From positions 1 to 50,624 of the forward strand of contig JAAYTH010000047.1 in the NCBI GenBank assembly GCA_012523785.1: a stretch of DNA of 50,624 nucleotides, in the 5' to 3' direction. Both the position numbers and the translations under genes were made by a program. Under the pieces are notes generated by a model. It did not search any database. It was not told the origin of the DNA and saw only the letters and a list, made by a program, of their open reading frames with translations. Source of the DNA: Bacillota bacterium. Its GTDB lineage: Bacteria > Bacillota > DTU030. How positions within the stretch are numbered: position 1 is the first letter of the stretch; each line of letters opens with the position of its first letter. This document shows positions 1 to 8,623 of this stretch, piece after piece.

Positions 1-530
1 AATGTAGCTGCCAGGCCAAAATCAGGGTGGGCCTGATAAAATTCTTCCAAGATACCAACGGCACTGTCGGGGTCAATTCTAATTGTGTCCCCATCATTCA
101 AGTAGTTAAATTGCCCCTGGGTACCATCATCAAAAGTAATGATGACCGGTGAGAAGCCGGCGGGGATTTTAATGTTATTGTCTAAAAAGTCATTGAGGCT
201 GGTGAGTCGGTATCCTGCTTCATAGAGTTTGGTCAGATCCCGACGAAAGTTAGCCGGTGTCCTGGTCCATTCCCCCTCTGGTTCATCAATTTGGTGATAC
301 ATGAGGATCATAACCCTACCGACTTCATTGGGCTCTATTCCTGGTGGAAATGGTTCAGGCGGGGGTTGCACCACAGGTTTGTTTTCCTCCACTAGGGTGG
401 CTGCGGGATCCGCCTCCGGGGTAACGGTGCTATTTTTATTTTCCTTGGTTGTAGGTATTCCACAACCTGTTACTAAGTGAACAATAACTATCATGACCAA
501 TAAGTAGGAAGACAATTGTGTTATTTTCAT
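1..530 (-). CDS. Polysaccharide deacetylase (NodB-homology) family lipoprotein; N-terminal portion only, the gene runs off the left edge of the window
   Basis: Absent from the ORF track because there is no stop inside the window. My own minus-strand translation from the ATG at 530 reads MKITQLSSYLLVMIVIVHLVTGCGIPTTKENK...GRVMILMYHQIDEPEGEWTRTPANFRRDLTKLYEAGYRLTSLNDFL...PVIITFDDGTQGQFNY. There is a lipobox (LVTGC) after a hydrophobic segment. TFDDG matches NodB motif 1. The start lies 3 nt downstream of the nrdJ stop on the same strand. Confidence 0.7.
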   Translation of the reverse strand, partial: MKITQLSSYLLVMIVIVHLVTGCGIPTTKENKNSTVTPEADPAATLVEENKPVVQPPPEPFPPGIEPNEVGRVMILMYHQIDEPEGEWTRTPANFRRDLTKLYEAGYRLTSLNDFLDNNIKIPAGFSPVIITFDDGTQGQFNYLNDGDTIRIDPDSAVGILEEFYQAHPDFGLAAT

Positions 531-532
531 TG

Positions 533-3500
533 TCAGCACTCACTATAACCGCAGATACATTGGGCACATCCTTCCGCCCGCACCAGGGTGTAGTTGCCAC
601 AGGAGGGACAGAGTTCAAAATTGGGTCCATGGGTCTGGGGATTTGGCTTGTCCGGAGGTGTAACCTGTTCTGACTGGGTATTATTACTGATATATTCGTC
701 ATAAAGGACCTTACCAATGGCATCAGCCAAGGAGCGGACCCGGTCGGGGCCAAAACCTAACTGCCGTTCGCCTCCGATACCTTTCAGCTGTTTTGTGACC
801 CAGCGCAGGGGGACCCCGGCCCGCAGCAGGCCGCTGGTGAGGCGCCCGATGGCCTCGCAATCGGCCTGGATATCAGAACCGCCGTGGCCCACCTGGATGA
901 ACAACTGCACCGGAAGCCCATTGAGTTCTGTTACAAAAATCTGTGCTTTGCCCACCGGTGTTTCCCGTTCAAACCAGCGGGCGGGCAGGCGATCCGGAAG
1001 TTCCATAGGTCGAACATTGCCCCACTCAGCCAATACATAGCCTTGTTTACGCAGATAATTTCTAAGCTGGTTAAAGGTTTTTGCTTTAGCCAGCTGATGA
1101 TCCAGCCAGGCTAAGGATCCGGAAGGTGCCGGTTCATCTTCCTTATCCTGTTCTTTGGTTCCTATGGTTAATATCCCTTGTTTACTCCCATCCCGGAAGA
1201 TGGTAATACCCTTGCAACCCAATTTCCAGGCCAGGGTGTAGGCAGCCTTTACATCACTGATAGAAGCCTCGTGGGGCAAGTTAACAGTTTTGGAAATAGC
1301 ATTGTCGACATGCTGTTGTAAGGCGGCTTGCATTTTGATGTGATCTCGCCAGTGGATATCATGAGCCGCAGCAAAAACCTTCTGCCATTTCTCCGGGACG
1401 CCGTCAATATTTTGCACAGTACCCTTGTAGGCAATTTGATCCATTAATTTTTCGTTGTAAAAGCCTTCGCGGCGGGCTACTTCCTCAAATAAAGGATGGA
1501 TAAAGCGCAGGGTTTGGCCATCGGCCGTCCGGCGGGTAAAAGCTACCGCAAAAATGGGTTCGATGCCCCCGGTACCCCCGATAATGATTCCGGTAGTACC
1601 GTTGGGAGCGACGGTTGTAGTAGTAGCATTGCGCATGGGTTGGCCCAGTTTCTCCCAGGTGGAACCCTTCCAATTGGGAAAGGTCCCCCGGACAGCGGCC
1701 AGTTCTTGGCTGCCGGCATGGGCCGCCTCCTGAACAATTTGCATAACCTGGGCGGCAAATTGCCTTCCTTCCTCCGAATTATAAGGGATTTCAGCGGAAA
1801 TCAACAGGTCCGCAAGGCCCAAGATTCCCAAGCCAATTTTTCTATTGGCCCGCACCATTTGGTCCATTTCCGCCGTTGGATAGGAAGAAACATCAATGAC
1901 ATTATCTAGGGCTCGCACGGCAAAGGCTGTATCCTCCCGCAGCTTTTTTTCGCGGATAGATTTGGATTCTTTGTCCCAATATGCAGCCACATTGATGGCC
2001 CCAAGGTTGCAGGCTTCAGCATGGAGAAGCGGTTGTTCACCACAATTATGGATGATGAGGCCTCCGGCTACCAGGGCATTAGCCCCCGGGACCTGAACAT
2101 CATAGACTTCCTCATATCCCTTATATTCCACCTTTTTTACTGAGGTATATAGTTTGTCATTATAGGGCCCCCGGGATAGAGAAGATAGATACTGGGAGGA
2201 GATAGCCTGTTTTTTTTCATCGGCAAACCCGATAATATCTAGGAATTTTGCTGCCGACTTGGAGGTCAAGACTAATTCGTATTGGGTTTTTGTGGGGTAG
2301 TAGGCTTGGCCCCCTTTGCCGTCAGGTAAGAGTCTTTTTTGGGCTGATCGTCTTTTATAAATTGTTGCTATAATACCAAAACGGGAAAGTATGAGTTGGG
2401 CTCTTTGCAAGAAGGTAAGGCTACTTTGGGCCAGCCGTATGGAGAACCGTCCCTTGGCAAAAATTTGTACACTGCCATCTGCTGCAAATAGGGCCGACAG
2501 CAATCCGGCCTGGAAGGAAAGGGAGCCTTGCATTATTTCATCGGTAATTGTTTTGGTATGGGTATCAATAATGGCATATTCTGCCGCCAGTTTAGTTACA
2601 GCCCGGGATTTAATTCTAATTTCCCCCCGACCTGCAATAGGCACGGGGGTAACCCCTAGATCCGCTGCTAATTTTTCTCCAATTTCATTATCATCCCCCC
2701 AGAAGGATAAAATGGCATCGGTATCATTAAATGAGCCATCACCCAGTAACCATCCTAACAATTGGCCTTGGTGGTATTCCTTCCGGGAAAGGGCGAACTT
2801 GGGGACCTGGGATCCCAAGGCGATGGCAGTACCAGGAACAAGCTTTTTAACCGGTAACCATCCAGAATCTGTCTGAACGAGATGGTCGGCCGTCGCCTTA
2901 AGCTTATAGCCGCGGGTCGTCTCAATTTCATAGACTGCTTTCCTTCCCGTGGAAAAGAAAGGTAAAACTTCTTGTTCCTTTCCTTCGGGGGTTATGATGG
3001 TAAAAGGTGCTTCCAAAAGATCCCGAACCTGGCGCAGTCCCTCGGCTACCCATACCCAGGTGTCTCCGGTTATGCACGGATTTGTGGTTTCAATTGTTCC
3101 CACTTGGGGAGTGGGGTTATCCTGATTGATTGTATCGTAAAACAAAAGTCCTGGGTCGCCGGTTAACCAGGCGGATTCACAAATTACATCAAATAATTCC
3201 CGGGCATTGGCTTGTCCCCAAATTTCTCCATTGCGGGGGTTTATTAGGGGATAATAGGGATCATTGTCTTCGCCGATGGCTTTTCGCATGAATTCATCCT
3301 GGGCCATTACGGATATATTAAAATTTGTTAGATCCCCATCGATTTTAGATTGAATAAACTCTTTAATATCGGGATGATCGGCGGCCAGGGAGGCCAGGGA
3401 GGCACCCCGGCGTATACCACCCTGTTTTACAGCTTCGGTGGCCCGGTTGAAGACCTTAATAAATTCTACGGGCCCGGATGATTCTCCCCCGGTGGAGCTC

Positions 3501-3970
3501 ACCCGATCACCCTTGGGACGTAGGGAGGAGAAACTATACCCGGTTCCACCACCGGCCTGCTGTACCAGGGCCATAGTCTGCAGCATCTCAAAAATATGGC
3601 CCATGTCATCGCCAACTACAAAGGCTGTGCAGGCTGCCTTGGATAGCCTGCGGCCTTTGCCGGAATTTGTGAGGGTGGGGGTGTTGAAAATGAGCTTTTT
3701 CGCAACCATTAGTTTATAAATATCTTCTGCAACCTTACGGATATCTTCCTTATTTCCGCCATAGTTTTCTTCCGCTGAAGCTATTTCTACTGCAACTCGC
3801 CAACACATGTCTTCCGGGGTTTCAATTACCTCCCCCTTTTTATTGCGCAGAAGGTAATTTCTTTTTTTAAGAATGGTTATGGCATTATCGGTCCATTGGC
3901 CGGATTCTGCGGGGCGCGGCCATTCCCGCCAGAGGGGATAAGCCCGTTTGGTTTCTTTTGATTTAGTCAT
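533..3970 (-). CDS. nrdJ: Class II (adenosylcobalamin-dependent) ribonucleotide reductase NrdJ, interrupted by one intein
   Basis: 1145-aa ORF. RNR motifs are present: FNTPTLTNSG, AACTAFVV, GGGTGYSFSSLRP, the thiyl-radical loop TTNP/CGEQPL (split by the intein), VAPNGTT, and the Cys-rich tail CPSCGNYTLVRAEGCAQCICGYSEC typical of NrdJ. An RBS (GGAGGA) sits upstream of the ATG at 3970. Confidence 0.95.
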   Translation of the reverse strand: MTKSKETKRAYPLWREWPRPAESGQWTDNAITILKKRNYLLRNKKGEVIETPEDMCWRVAVEIASAEENYGGNKEDIRKVAEDIYKLMVAKKLIFNTPTLTNSGKGRRLSKAACTAFVVGDDMGHIFEMLQTMALVQQAGGGTGYSFSSLRPKGDRVSSTGGESSGPVEFIKVFNRATEAVKQGGIRRGASLASLAADHPDIKEFIQSKIDGDLTNFNISVMAQDEFMRKAIGEDNDPYYPLINPRNGEIWGQANARELFDVICESAWLTGDPGLLFYDTINQDNPTPQVGTIETTNPCITGDTWVWVAEGLRQVRDLLEAPFTIITPEGKEQEVLPFFSTGRKAVYEIETTRGYKLKATADHLVQTDSGWLPVKKLVPGTAIALGSQVPKFALSRKEYHQGQLLGWLLGDGSFNDTDAILSFWGDDNEIGEKLAADLGVTPVPIAGRGEIRIKSRAVTKLAAEYAIIDTHTKTITDEIMQGSLSFQAGLLSALFAADGSVQIFAKGRFSIRLAQSSLTFLQRAQLILSRFGIIATIYKRRSAQKRLLPDGKGGQAYYPTKTQYELVLTSKSAAKFLDIIGFADEKKQAISSQYLSSLSRGPYNDKLYTSVKKVEYKGYEEVYDVQVPGANALVAGGLIIHNCGEQPLLHAEACNLGAINVAAYWDKESKSIREKKLREDTAFAVRALDNVIDVSSYPTAEMDQMVRANRKIGLGILGLADLLISAEIPYNSEEGRQFAAQVMQIVQEAAHAGSQELAAVRGTFPNWKGSTWEKLGQPMRNATTTTVAPNGTTGIIIGGTGGIEPIFAVAFTRRTADGQTLRFIHPLFEEVARREGFYNEKLMDQIAYKGTVQNIDGVPEKWQKVFAAAHDIHWRDHIKMQAALQQHVDNAISKTVNLPHEASISDVKAAYTLAWKLGCKGITIFRDGSKQGILTIGTKEQDKEDEPAPSGSLAWLDHQLAKAKTFNQLRNYLRKQGYVLAEWGNVRPMELPDRLPARWFERETPVGKAQIFVTELNGLPVQLFIQVGHGGSDIQADCEAIGRLTSGLLRAGVPLRWVTKQLKGIGGERQLGFGPDRVRSLADAIGKVLYDEYISNNTQSEQVTPPDKPNPQTHGPNFELCPSCGNYTLVRAEGCAQCICGYSEC
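2045..3076 (-). mobile_element. Intein (344 aa, residues 299-642 of the NrdJ ORF) with a LAGLIDADG homing-endonuclease domain
   Basis: It begins with Cys (CITGDTWVWV, block A) and has a TxxH block B (ATADHLV). Two dodecapeptide motifs are present: LLGWLLGDGSF and LLSALFAADGSV. It ends VYDVQVPGANALVAGGLIIHN followed by the +1 Cys. Removing it restores the canonical TTNPCGEQPL motif. I checked the codons: TGC at 3076-3074, AAT at 2047-2045, TGT (+1 Cys) at 2044-2042. Confidence 0.9.
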
Positions 3971-4372
3971 TGCCGTCCTCCTTCACTGACTAGCATCAAG
4001 TAATTCTCGGTGCCCTAATCATAGCATAAAATAGCAATTATTTCACTGTCAGGATGATTGCCGCCGGTCTTTGAAAAACGGTTATATGGTAGAATATTGG
4101 TGTTAACCCTGTCTAATCCTGGCGATAAATTTCTTTTCTCATTGTTATTTTTTCCTTCCTTTGGTTTTTATTTACCCCCCCCCGAATGCCTCGGCCATAT
4201 CTGTCCATATAATGGGGGCAGCTCCTGGGGAAAAACCATTTCGGGCACCGCCAACACTCCTTACATGACTGGGGACTAGGCTATACCTTGTCCCTTAATA
4301 AATTTTGTCCCCATGAAAAGCAGGGAAGGGGTAGGTATAGGCAGAATTACAAAATAAAGGGAGGAGTGCCTA

Positions 4373-5389
4373 ATGCTGGCCCTGGACCAAGGGTTGCAAG
4401 AACTACTCATAACGGTAAATTCATTGTTGCGGGACCGGACTCAGAATTATCCCCGCCGGGATGCAATCAGGCGATATCTCCGGGAAAAAATAGGGACATT
4501 GCAGAAACGGGCCCCCCTTAAGATAGATGCTTTACGGGCCTTGGCCGATGGCCGCCCCCTGATAGGGGTGGATGGCTCTGTACATTCCTATGGGACTGTA
4601 TTTCCCCATATAATTTATTGTTTTCGGGCCTTGGCTTCGGCTTCAACCTTATCTGTGGAAAAGGGTATCTCCCGGGTGGACTTATTTTACCCTGAAATGG
4701 CAGACCATCGCCGGGAAATTGAGGAAATAATTTCCCAGGCTGCCGCAGGCGGGGAGGAATTAGCCCCCGAAACGGCCGCAGCCCGGGCGGTGCGGCAAAG
4801 GCTGGCTGTTTTAGAAGTACAGGTGGCTATGGAAGCAGTAAATAAGTACCAACCCTTTGCGGTTTTATTTGATGGTGGTTTTCTCCGTTATGGCGGCCTG
4901 GCCCCGGCCCAATGGCAGGAATACCGGGAATTATCCCTGGCCAAGGATGTGGTGAGCATTGGTATCATTGAAGAGATTGGGACCTTTGATTTGGCCCGGA
5001 AAGTTTCAGCTGGCTTTCCAGAAGCATCTCCTTTTAGCTGTGACCGGGAACTCCTTTTTGGTATCTTAAAAAAGGGGGAATGGCTGGCGGTAAAAGAGGA
5101 TCTGGAGTTTAAAAAGACCTATTATACCTGTTTTGCCCGGCCCGGCTATTATCCTGGCGCGGTGGCTTATGATTTTTTTCAGGAGCAAACCCGGCGGGCA
5201 GCGGAATTCGTCCCTCTCCTTTTTGGTCTCACCCCCCAAGGGGGGCGGGGAATTCCCCAGTGGCTTGATCAGGTAGATGCAGCAGTGCGGATTACCAGGG
5301 GTGAAATGGAACTTTTACTGGCCTCCGGTTTAGACCGGGAACTACGAGAACGGTTATTTGTGTCACAGCGGGAAAGAAGAACTCTGTAA
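4373..5389 (+). CDS. nurA: NurA-like 5'-3' nuclease
   Basis: 338 aa. Two NurA-type acidic motifs are present: PLIGVDGSVHSYG and AVLFDGGFLRYG. It sits immediately upstream (18-nt gap, with GGGAGGA before the next ATG) of a HerA-type ATPase, which is the canonical partner arrangement. Confidence 0.65.
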   Translation: MLALDQGLQELLITVNSLLRDRTQNYPRRDAIRRYLREKIGTLQKRAPLKIDALRALADGRPLIGVDGSVHSYGTVFPHIIYCFRALASASTLSVEKGISRVDLFYPEMADHRREIEEIISQAAAGGEELAPETAAARAVRQRLAVLEVQVAMEAVNKYQPFAVLFDGGFLRYGGLAPAQWQEYRELSLAKDVVSIGIIEEIGTFDLARKVSAGFPEASPFSCDRELLFGILKKGEWLAVKEDLEFKKTYYTCFARPGYYPGAVAYDFFQEQTRRAAEFVPLLFGLTPQGGRGIPQWLDQVDAAVRITRGEMELLLASGLDRELRERLFVSQRERRTL

Positions 5390-5406
5390 TTTAGGGAGGA
5401 TAATCA

Positions 5407-7275
5407 ATGCAGATTGTTGGGCACACCACACAACAGGTAGTTTATGCCGCCTCACGGCGGCGGCCCTTTCGTATCAATGAGCTCCTCTTGATAGAAGATA
5501 GGATCCACAGTAATAGTAATCCCCTGGGGGAGGTGGTGGAAACCCAGTCTTTTAATAGGTATATTCCTTTGGCCACGGAACATAGCGACTTAGTTGATCG
5601 CCAGGTGATGGAAAATTTGGCTCAATTAGGTTACGATATTGGGGCCGATACCATTCATTTGGCCAGAATTAGAATTTTGGCCGAACTTGCATCCCCCGTC
5701 TCTGTTGGCATAGCCGTACGGGTACCTACTTTTGCTGAGATTAGAGATTTTCTCATACCCCGGGATCCCGCCACAGGACTAGTGTTGGGGGTTATTAGGG
5801 GTACGGAAGAACTTACCGTTGGATTACCCGCCCAGCTATCTAGAGTGGCGCTGCTGTACCAAAAGGATAGCGGAATTATGCCCCAGAAGGGGATCCCCTA
5901 CATAATGGATCACTGGACTTGGCCTGAATACCCCCATATCGGTATTTTTGGTGGTTCTGGATCGGGTAAATCCTTTGCCTTGCGGGTTTTGTTAGAAGAA
6001 TTAATGCGACAACAGCTGCCGGGGCTTATCCTAGATCCTCATTTTGAACTGTCTTTTACCGAACCCTTTCCCGATTTGCCTGCATCTTACCGGGAGGATT
6101 TTACCCGCCGTTCTATAGTGCTTATGGCCGGGCGGGATGTGGGGATTCTTTTTGAGGAGTTGAATGCTGCCGATTTGATCAATCTCCTGCAGGCGGCGGG
6201 GGAGGTAACGGAAAATATGAATAACGCCATCCAGACCTTACACCGACGCCGGGATTCCTTTGTTAGTTTCAGCACTAGAATACGGGATTTGACCCGGGGG
6301 TTGGAAGAAGAACAGGATCTAAAAAGAAAACTCCGGGAAGATGATGGCGATGGTTTCCGGGAAAAACAGGAAATAAGGCGTATTTTAGGCTTAGTGGAAA
6401 AATATAAGGATCGAGTCGGGCACGTCAGTACCCTCCGGGCCATTTCCCGCCGCTTGAACCGCCTGCAAACGGAACGGATTTTTACCGGTGGCATTGAACC
6501 CATCCGGGAGGCTATTATGAATAGGCGTTTGGTAGTGGTTCAGGGGCCCATATGGTTTCTGCAGGTATTGGGGGCCTATGTGATTCGCAAATTTTATCGG
6601 GAACGGCGCCAATATCAGGATGCCGAGCAGACGGGGGGAGAGGCGCCGAAGTTCCCTCCTTTTATAGTAGCCACCGATGAAGCCCATAATTTTGCCCCTC
6701 GCTCACCAGAAATACCGGCGCCGGCCCGCTCAATCCTACGTACCATTGCCCAGGAGGGGCGAAAATATGGGGTGTTTTTAATCTTGGCTACCCAGCGCCC
6801 CGCCCTCTTGGAAGATACTATAACAGCCCAGTTGAATACTAAACTTATTTTCCGCACTATCCGCTCCTCTGATCTGGAGGTAATTCGCGAAGAGACAGAT
6901 TTGGGTCCGGAGGAAGTCAGAAGACTCCCCTACCTGGGCTCGGGAAATGCCTTTGTTTCTTCGGCGGCTGTGGGGCGGACCATTGCTGTTCGTATCCGGG
7001 TGGCAAAGACTGTCAGCCCCCATAGCCGGCATCCCTTTTTGGAGTTAAAGGAGGATTTTATTCCCCCGGAAGAAGAGCTGGGGGAGGCACTTTTGACCTA
7101 CCTCCCTTTAGGAGATTTTAACTTTGATGTTCATCTAGGTACCTTGCAGCAGGAGTTAAAGCGGCGGATTACAATAGAAGAAATAACCTGCTGTCTAGAA
7201 GACCTGGTAGGGGAGGGGATAGTCGAGAAGAAGGAGATGGTGTTGGGGGTGGAATACAGGCGGCGGGAGGATTGA
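5407..7275 (+). CDS. herA: HerA-like (FtsK/HerA superfamily) hexameric ATPase/translocase
   Basis: 622 aa. Walker A is GIFGGSGSGKSFALRVL, Walker B is PPFIVATDEAHNFAP, and the HerA/FtsK hallmark VFLILATQRPALL is present. Confidence 0.85.
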   Translation: MQIVGHTTQQVVYAASRRRPFRINELLLIEDRIHSNSNPLGEVVETQSFNRYIPLATEHSDLVDRQVMENLAQLGYDIGADTIHLARIRILAELASPVSVGIAVRVPTFAEIRDFLIPRDPATGLVLGVIRGTEELTVGLPAQLSRVALLYQKDSGIMPQKGIPYIMDHWTWPEYPHIGIFGGSGSGKSFALRVLLEELMRQQLPGLILDPHFELSFTEPFPDLPASYREDFTRRSIVLMAGRDVGILFEELNAADLINLLQAAGEVTENMNNAIQTLHRRRDSFVSFSTRIRDLTRGLEEEQDLKRKLREDDGDGFREKQEIRRILGLVEKYKDRVGHVSTLRAISRRLNRLQTERIFTGGIEPIREAIMNRRLVVVQGPIWFLQVLGAYVIRKFYRERRQYQDAEQTGGEAPKFPPFIVATDEAHNFAPRSPEIPAPARSILRTIAQEGRKYGVFLILATQRPALLEDTITAQLNTKLIFRTIRSSDLEVIREETDLGPEEVRRLPYLGSGNAFVSSAAVGRTIAVRIRVAKTVSPHSRHPFLELKEDFIPPEEELGEALLTYLPLGDFNFDVHLGTLQQELKRRITIEEITCCLEDLVGEGIVEKKEMVLGVEYRRRED

Positions 7276-7633
7276 TTAGATGTTTGCTTTATGCCGTCCC
7301 GATTGAAAACATCTTTATTTAAAGAAACAGTAACTACTCAACCGCCCGCGTAAGGCATATCTTGTTATCTTTCTTTATATACCCGCAGACTATCTAAATT
7401 GTTATCCTGCGCGTCCAGCCTGTCCAGAGTGAAACAAAGGAAGTGTAGCGGAGGGAGGGCAATGTTCAAAAGAACCTTCCAGCCTAATGCCAAGATCCTC
7501 TGCTCCGCTCCGGGTGACATTGCACGTTGCTGCTGACTAATGACTATTTAACTTTAGCGGCTGTTGTCTAATCTTCACAAAAAAACAATAAAAAGGCTGG
7601 CAACACCGAATATTCATTGGGAGGTGTACCTGG

Positions 7634-8623
7634 ATGAGATTGCTGTTTTTAACTGATACCCACCACCGGGGGACCTCGCCCCAGAACCGGTTGGATAATT
7701 TTCCCGCTAGCCAAAAGGAAAAGCTACAGGAAGTTGTCGCCTTGGTTGAAAAACATAAGGTTGATTTTGTACTCCACGGGGGAGACTTTTGGGATAATCC
7801 CTTTCCCGCCCTCAATGTCTGTGGGGAGATATTAGAAATATATCGTGCTATAAGTGTTCCCATCTATGCCATCGCCGGAAACCACGACCTCTATGGGCAC
7901 AACCTAAACACCCTCCATCGGACTATGCTGGGCTTTATGGCCCGCCTGGGATTAGTGCAACTTCTAAAACCCGGGGTGCCGGTATATTTGAAAAAGGAGG
8001 GCCTGGGGTTACAGCTTACGGGACAATCATATCATTATGATATGGACCGGAGGGATCCGGCTTTGGACTACTGTGTTCGCAAAGAAAAGTGTGATCTTGC
8101 CATCCATATGGTTCATGGTTTGCTGGCGGACCGTTCCCTGGGCAATATCATCCGGCATACAGTTGTTGATAGGATTTTAACAACAGAGGCGGACCTAACT
8201 CTGGCGGGACATTATCACCTGGGCTTTCCCCCTGTAGAAGTGGATGATCGCTACTTTCTTAACCCCGGTGCTCTAGTCCGGGTGAATAACCATCCCTCCG
8301 AAATATCCCGCCGGCCGGCGGTAATTCTTATTGATTTATCCGGTGGAGCTATAAACTATCAGCTGCTCCACCTACAATCTGCCCTTCCCGGCAAGCTTGT
8401 ATTGGATCGGGAACAAGTCGAGCTTAAAATGCAACGGGAGGAACGGCTGGCTGATTTTGTCCGGGGGGTAAAGGCAGCTGGTGAATACTATGGCCTTGAC
8501 TTAGGGGAAATGGTGGCCACGATTGCTGCCAAGGAGACTTTATCCCCGGCCGTCCGGGAGGAAGCCCTGCGACGCCTGGCCTTGGCCCAGGAAGATTTCC
8601 AGACTGGGGGAGCGCGAGCATGA
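7634..8623 (+). CDS. Mre11/SbcD-like metallophosphoesterase (DNA repair exonuclease)
   Basis: 329 aa. The calcineurin-type phosphoesterase motifs occur in order: LFLTDTHHRG, LHGGDFWD, IAGNHDLYGH, IHMVHG, LAGHYHLG. An RBS (GGGAGGTG) is present. The stop overlaps the next start (ATGA at 8620-8623). Confidence 0.85.
   Translation: MRLLFLTDTHHRGTSPQNRLDNFPASQKEKLQEVVALVEKHKVDFVLHGGDFWDNPFPALNVCGEILEIYRAISVPIYAIAGNHDLYGHNLNTLHRTMLGFMARLGLVQLLKPGVPVYLKKEGLGLQLTGQSYHYDMDRRDPALDYCVRKEKCDLAIHMVHGLLADRSLGNIIRHTVVDRILTTEADLTLAGHYHLGFPPVEVDDRYFLNPGALVRVNNHPSEISRRPAVILIDLSGGAINYQLLHLQSALPGKLVLDREQVELKMQREERLADFVRGVKAAGEYYGLDLGEMVATIAAKETLSPAVREEALRRLALAQEDFQTGGARA

Noticed and set aside
436-1114. ORFs at 436-753 (minus strand), 717-1040 (plus) and 884-1114 (plus) from the track
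   Set aside because: They lie inside or antisense to the strongly supported nrdJ gene, or across the nrdJ/deacetylase junction. They have no RBS and no recognisable motifs. Their composition is Pro/Arg/Ser-rich, as is typical of off-frame translation.
3971-4130. NrdR box(es) upstream of nrdJ
   Set aside because: I looked for the 16-bp palindrome of the acaCwAtATaTwGtgt type on both strands. The best candidates (for example ACACCAATATTCTACC around 4100-4115) have too many mismatches and lack a correctly spaced second box.
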